Shown: positions 63,831 through 64,000 of the stretch, piece after piece
How the letters are laid out: the number at the start of each line of letters is the position of its first letter
Numbering within the stretch: the first letter of the stretch is position 1
DNA from: Octopus sinensis
Taxonomy: Eukaryota
NCBI RefSeq assembly: GCF_006345805.1
Contig: NC_043000.1
Coordinates: forward strand, 161,634,001-161,698,000
DNA length: 64,000 nt
Direction of reading: 5' to 3'
Notes under the pieces: generated by a model
What the model saw: only the letters and a program-made list of their open reading frames with translations
Told to the model about the DNA's origin: nothing
Databases searched by the model: none
Made by a program: the position numbers and the translations under genes

Positions 63831-63859
63831 TTATTTAGGGCCAAACCACCACCATAAAT

Positions 63860-64000
63860 ATTAACAACAACAATAATAATACTCCGCATGGAATTACATG
63901 GTCAGTTCTACCATGAAACTAACAACTTAAAAGACCAGAAAGCATCATGGAGGTGGCTCAGCAAGGGTCACCTAAAAAAGAAAACCGAAAGGCTAATCAT
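63860..64000 (+). mobile_element. Start of another Dong/R4 fragment, running off the window
   Basis: After aat repeats: ELHGQFY...SWRWLSKGHLKKKTERLI. Confidence 0.6.

Overview
AT-rich eukaryotic, repeat-saturated non-genic DNA. The SINE types, Dong/R4, RTE and CR1 LINE debris and long (TA)n/(GATA)n/(TAA)n tracts suggest an octopus/coleoid cephalopod genome (inference). I find no intact host gene: each recognisable ORF is a decayed transposon piece (Tc1, mariner, pogo-like, Gypsy gag, Dong/R4, RTE, CR1, Tx1/L1), and most remaining ORF-track entries are microsatellite or low-complexity noise. Two things stand out. (1) Short, non-coding, mostly (TA)n-flanked Penelope-like/retrozyme-like elements, several built as fold-back palindromes, carry 11 type I hammerhead-ribozyme motifs at 9 loci. 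Their cores include canonical C3-G8, compensatory U3-A8 and G3-C8 swaps, U4C and a recurrent A6U variant. In one element a 562-nt repeat period begins at the predicted cleavage site. (2) There are five divergent copies of a ~1.7-kb ORF1-only (CCHC zinc knuckle, no RT) retroelement. Two have target-site duplications, and the three with intact 3' ends share their tail with a Tx1/L1 LINE fragment and a SINE (a 'half-LINE' system). All structures were read by eye, and boundaries of decayed elements are approximate.
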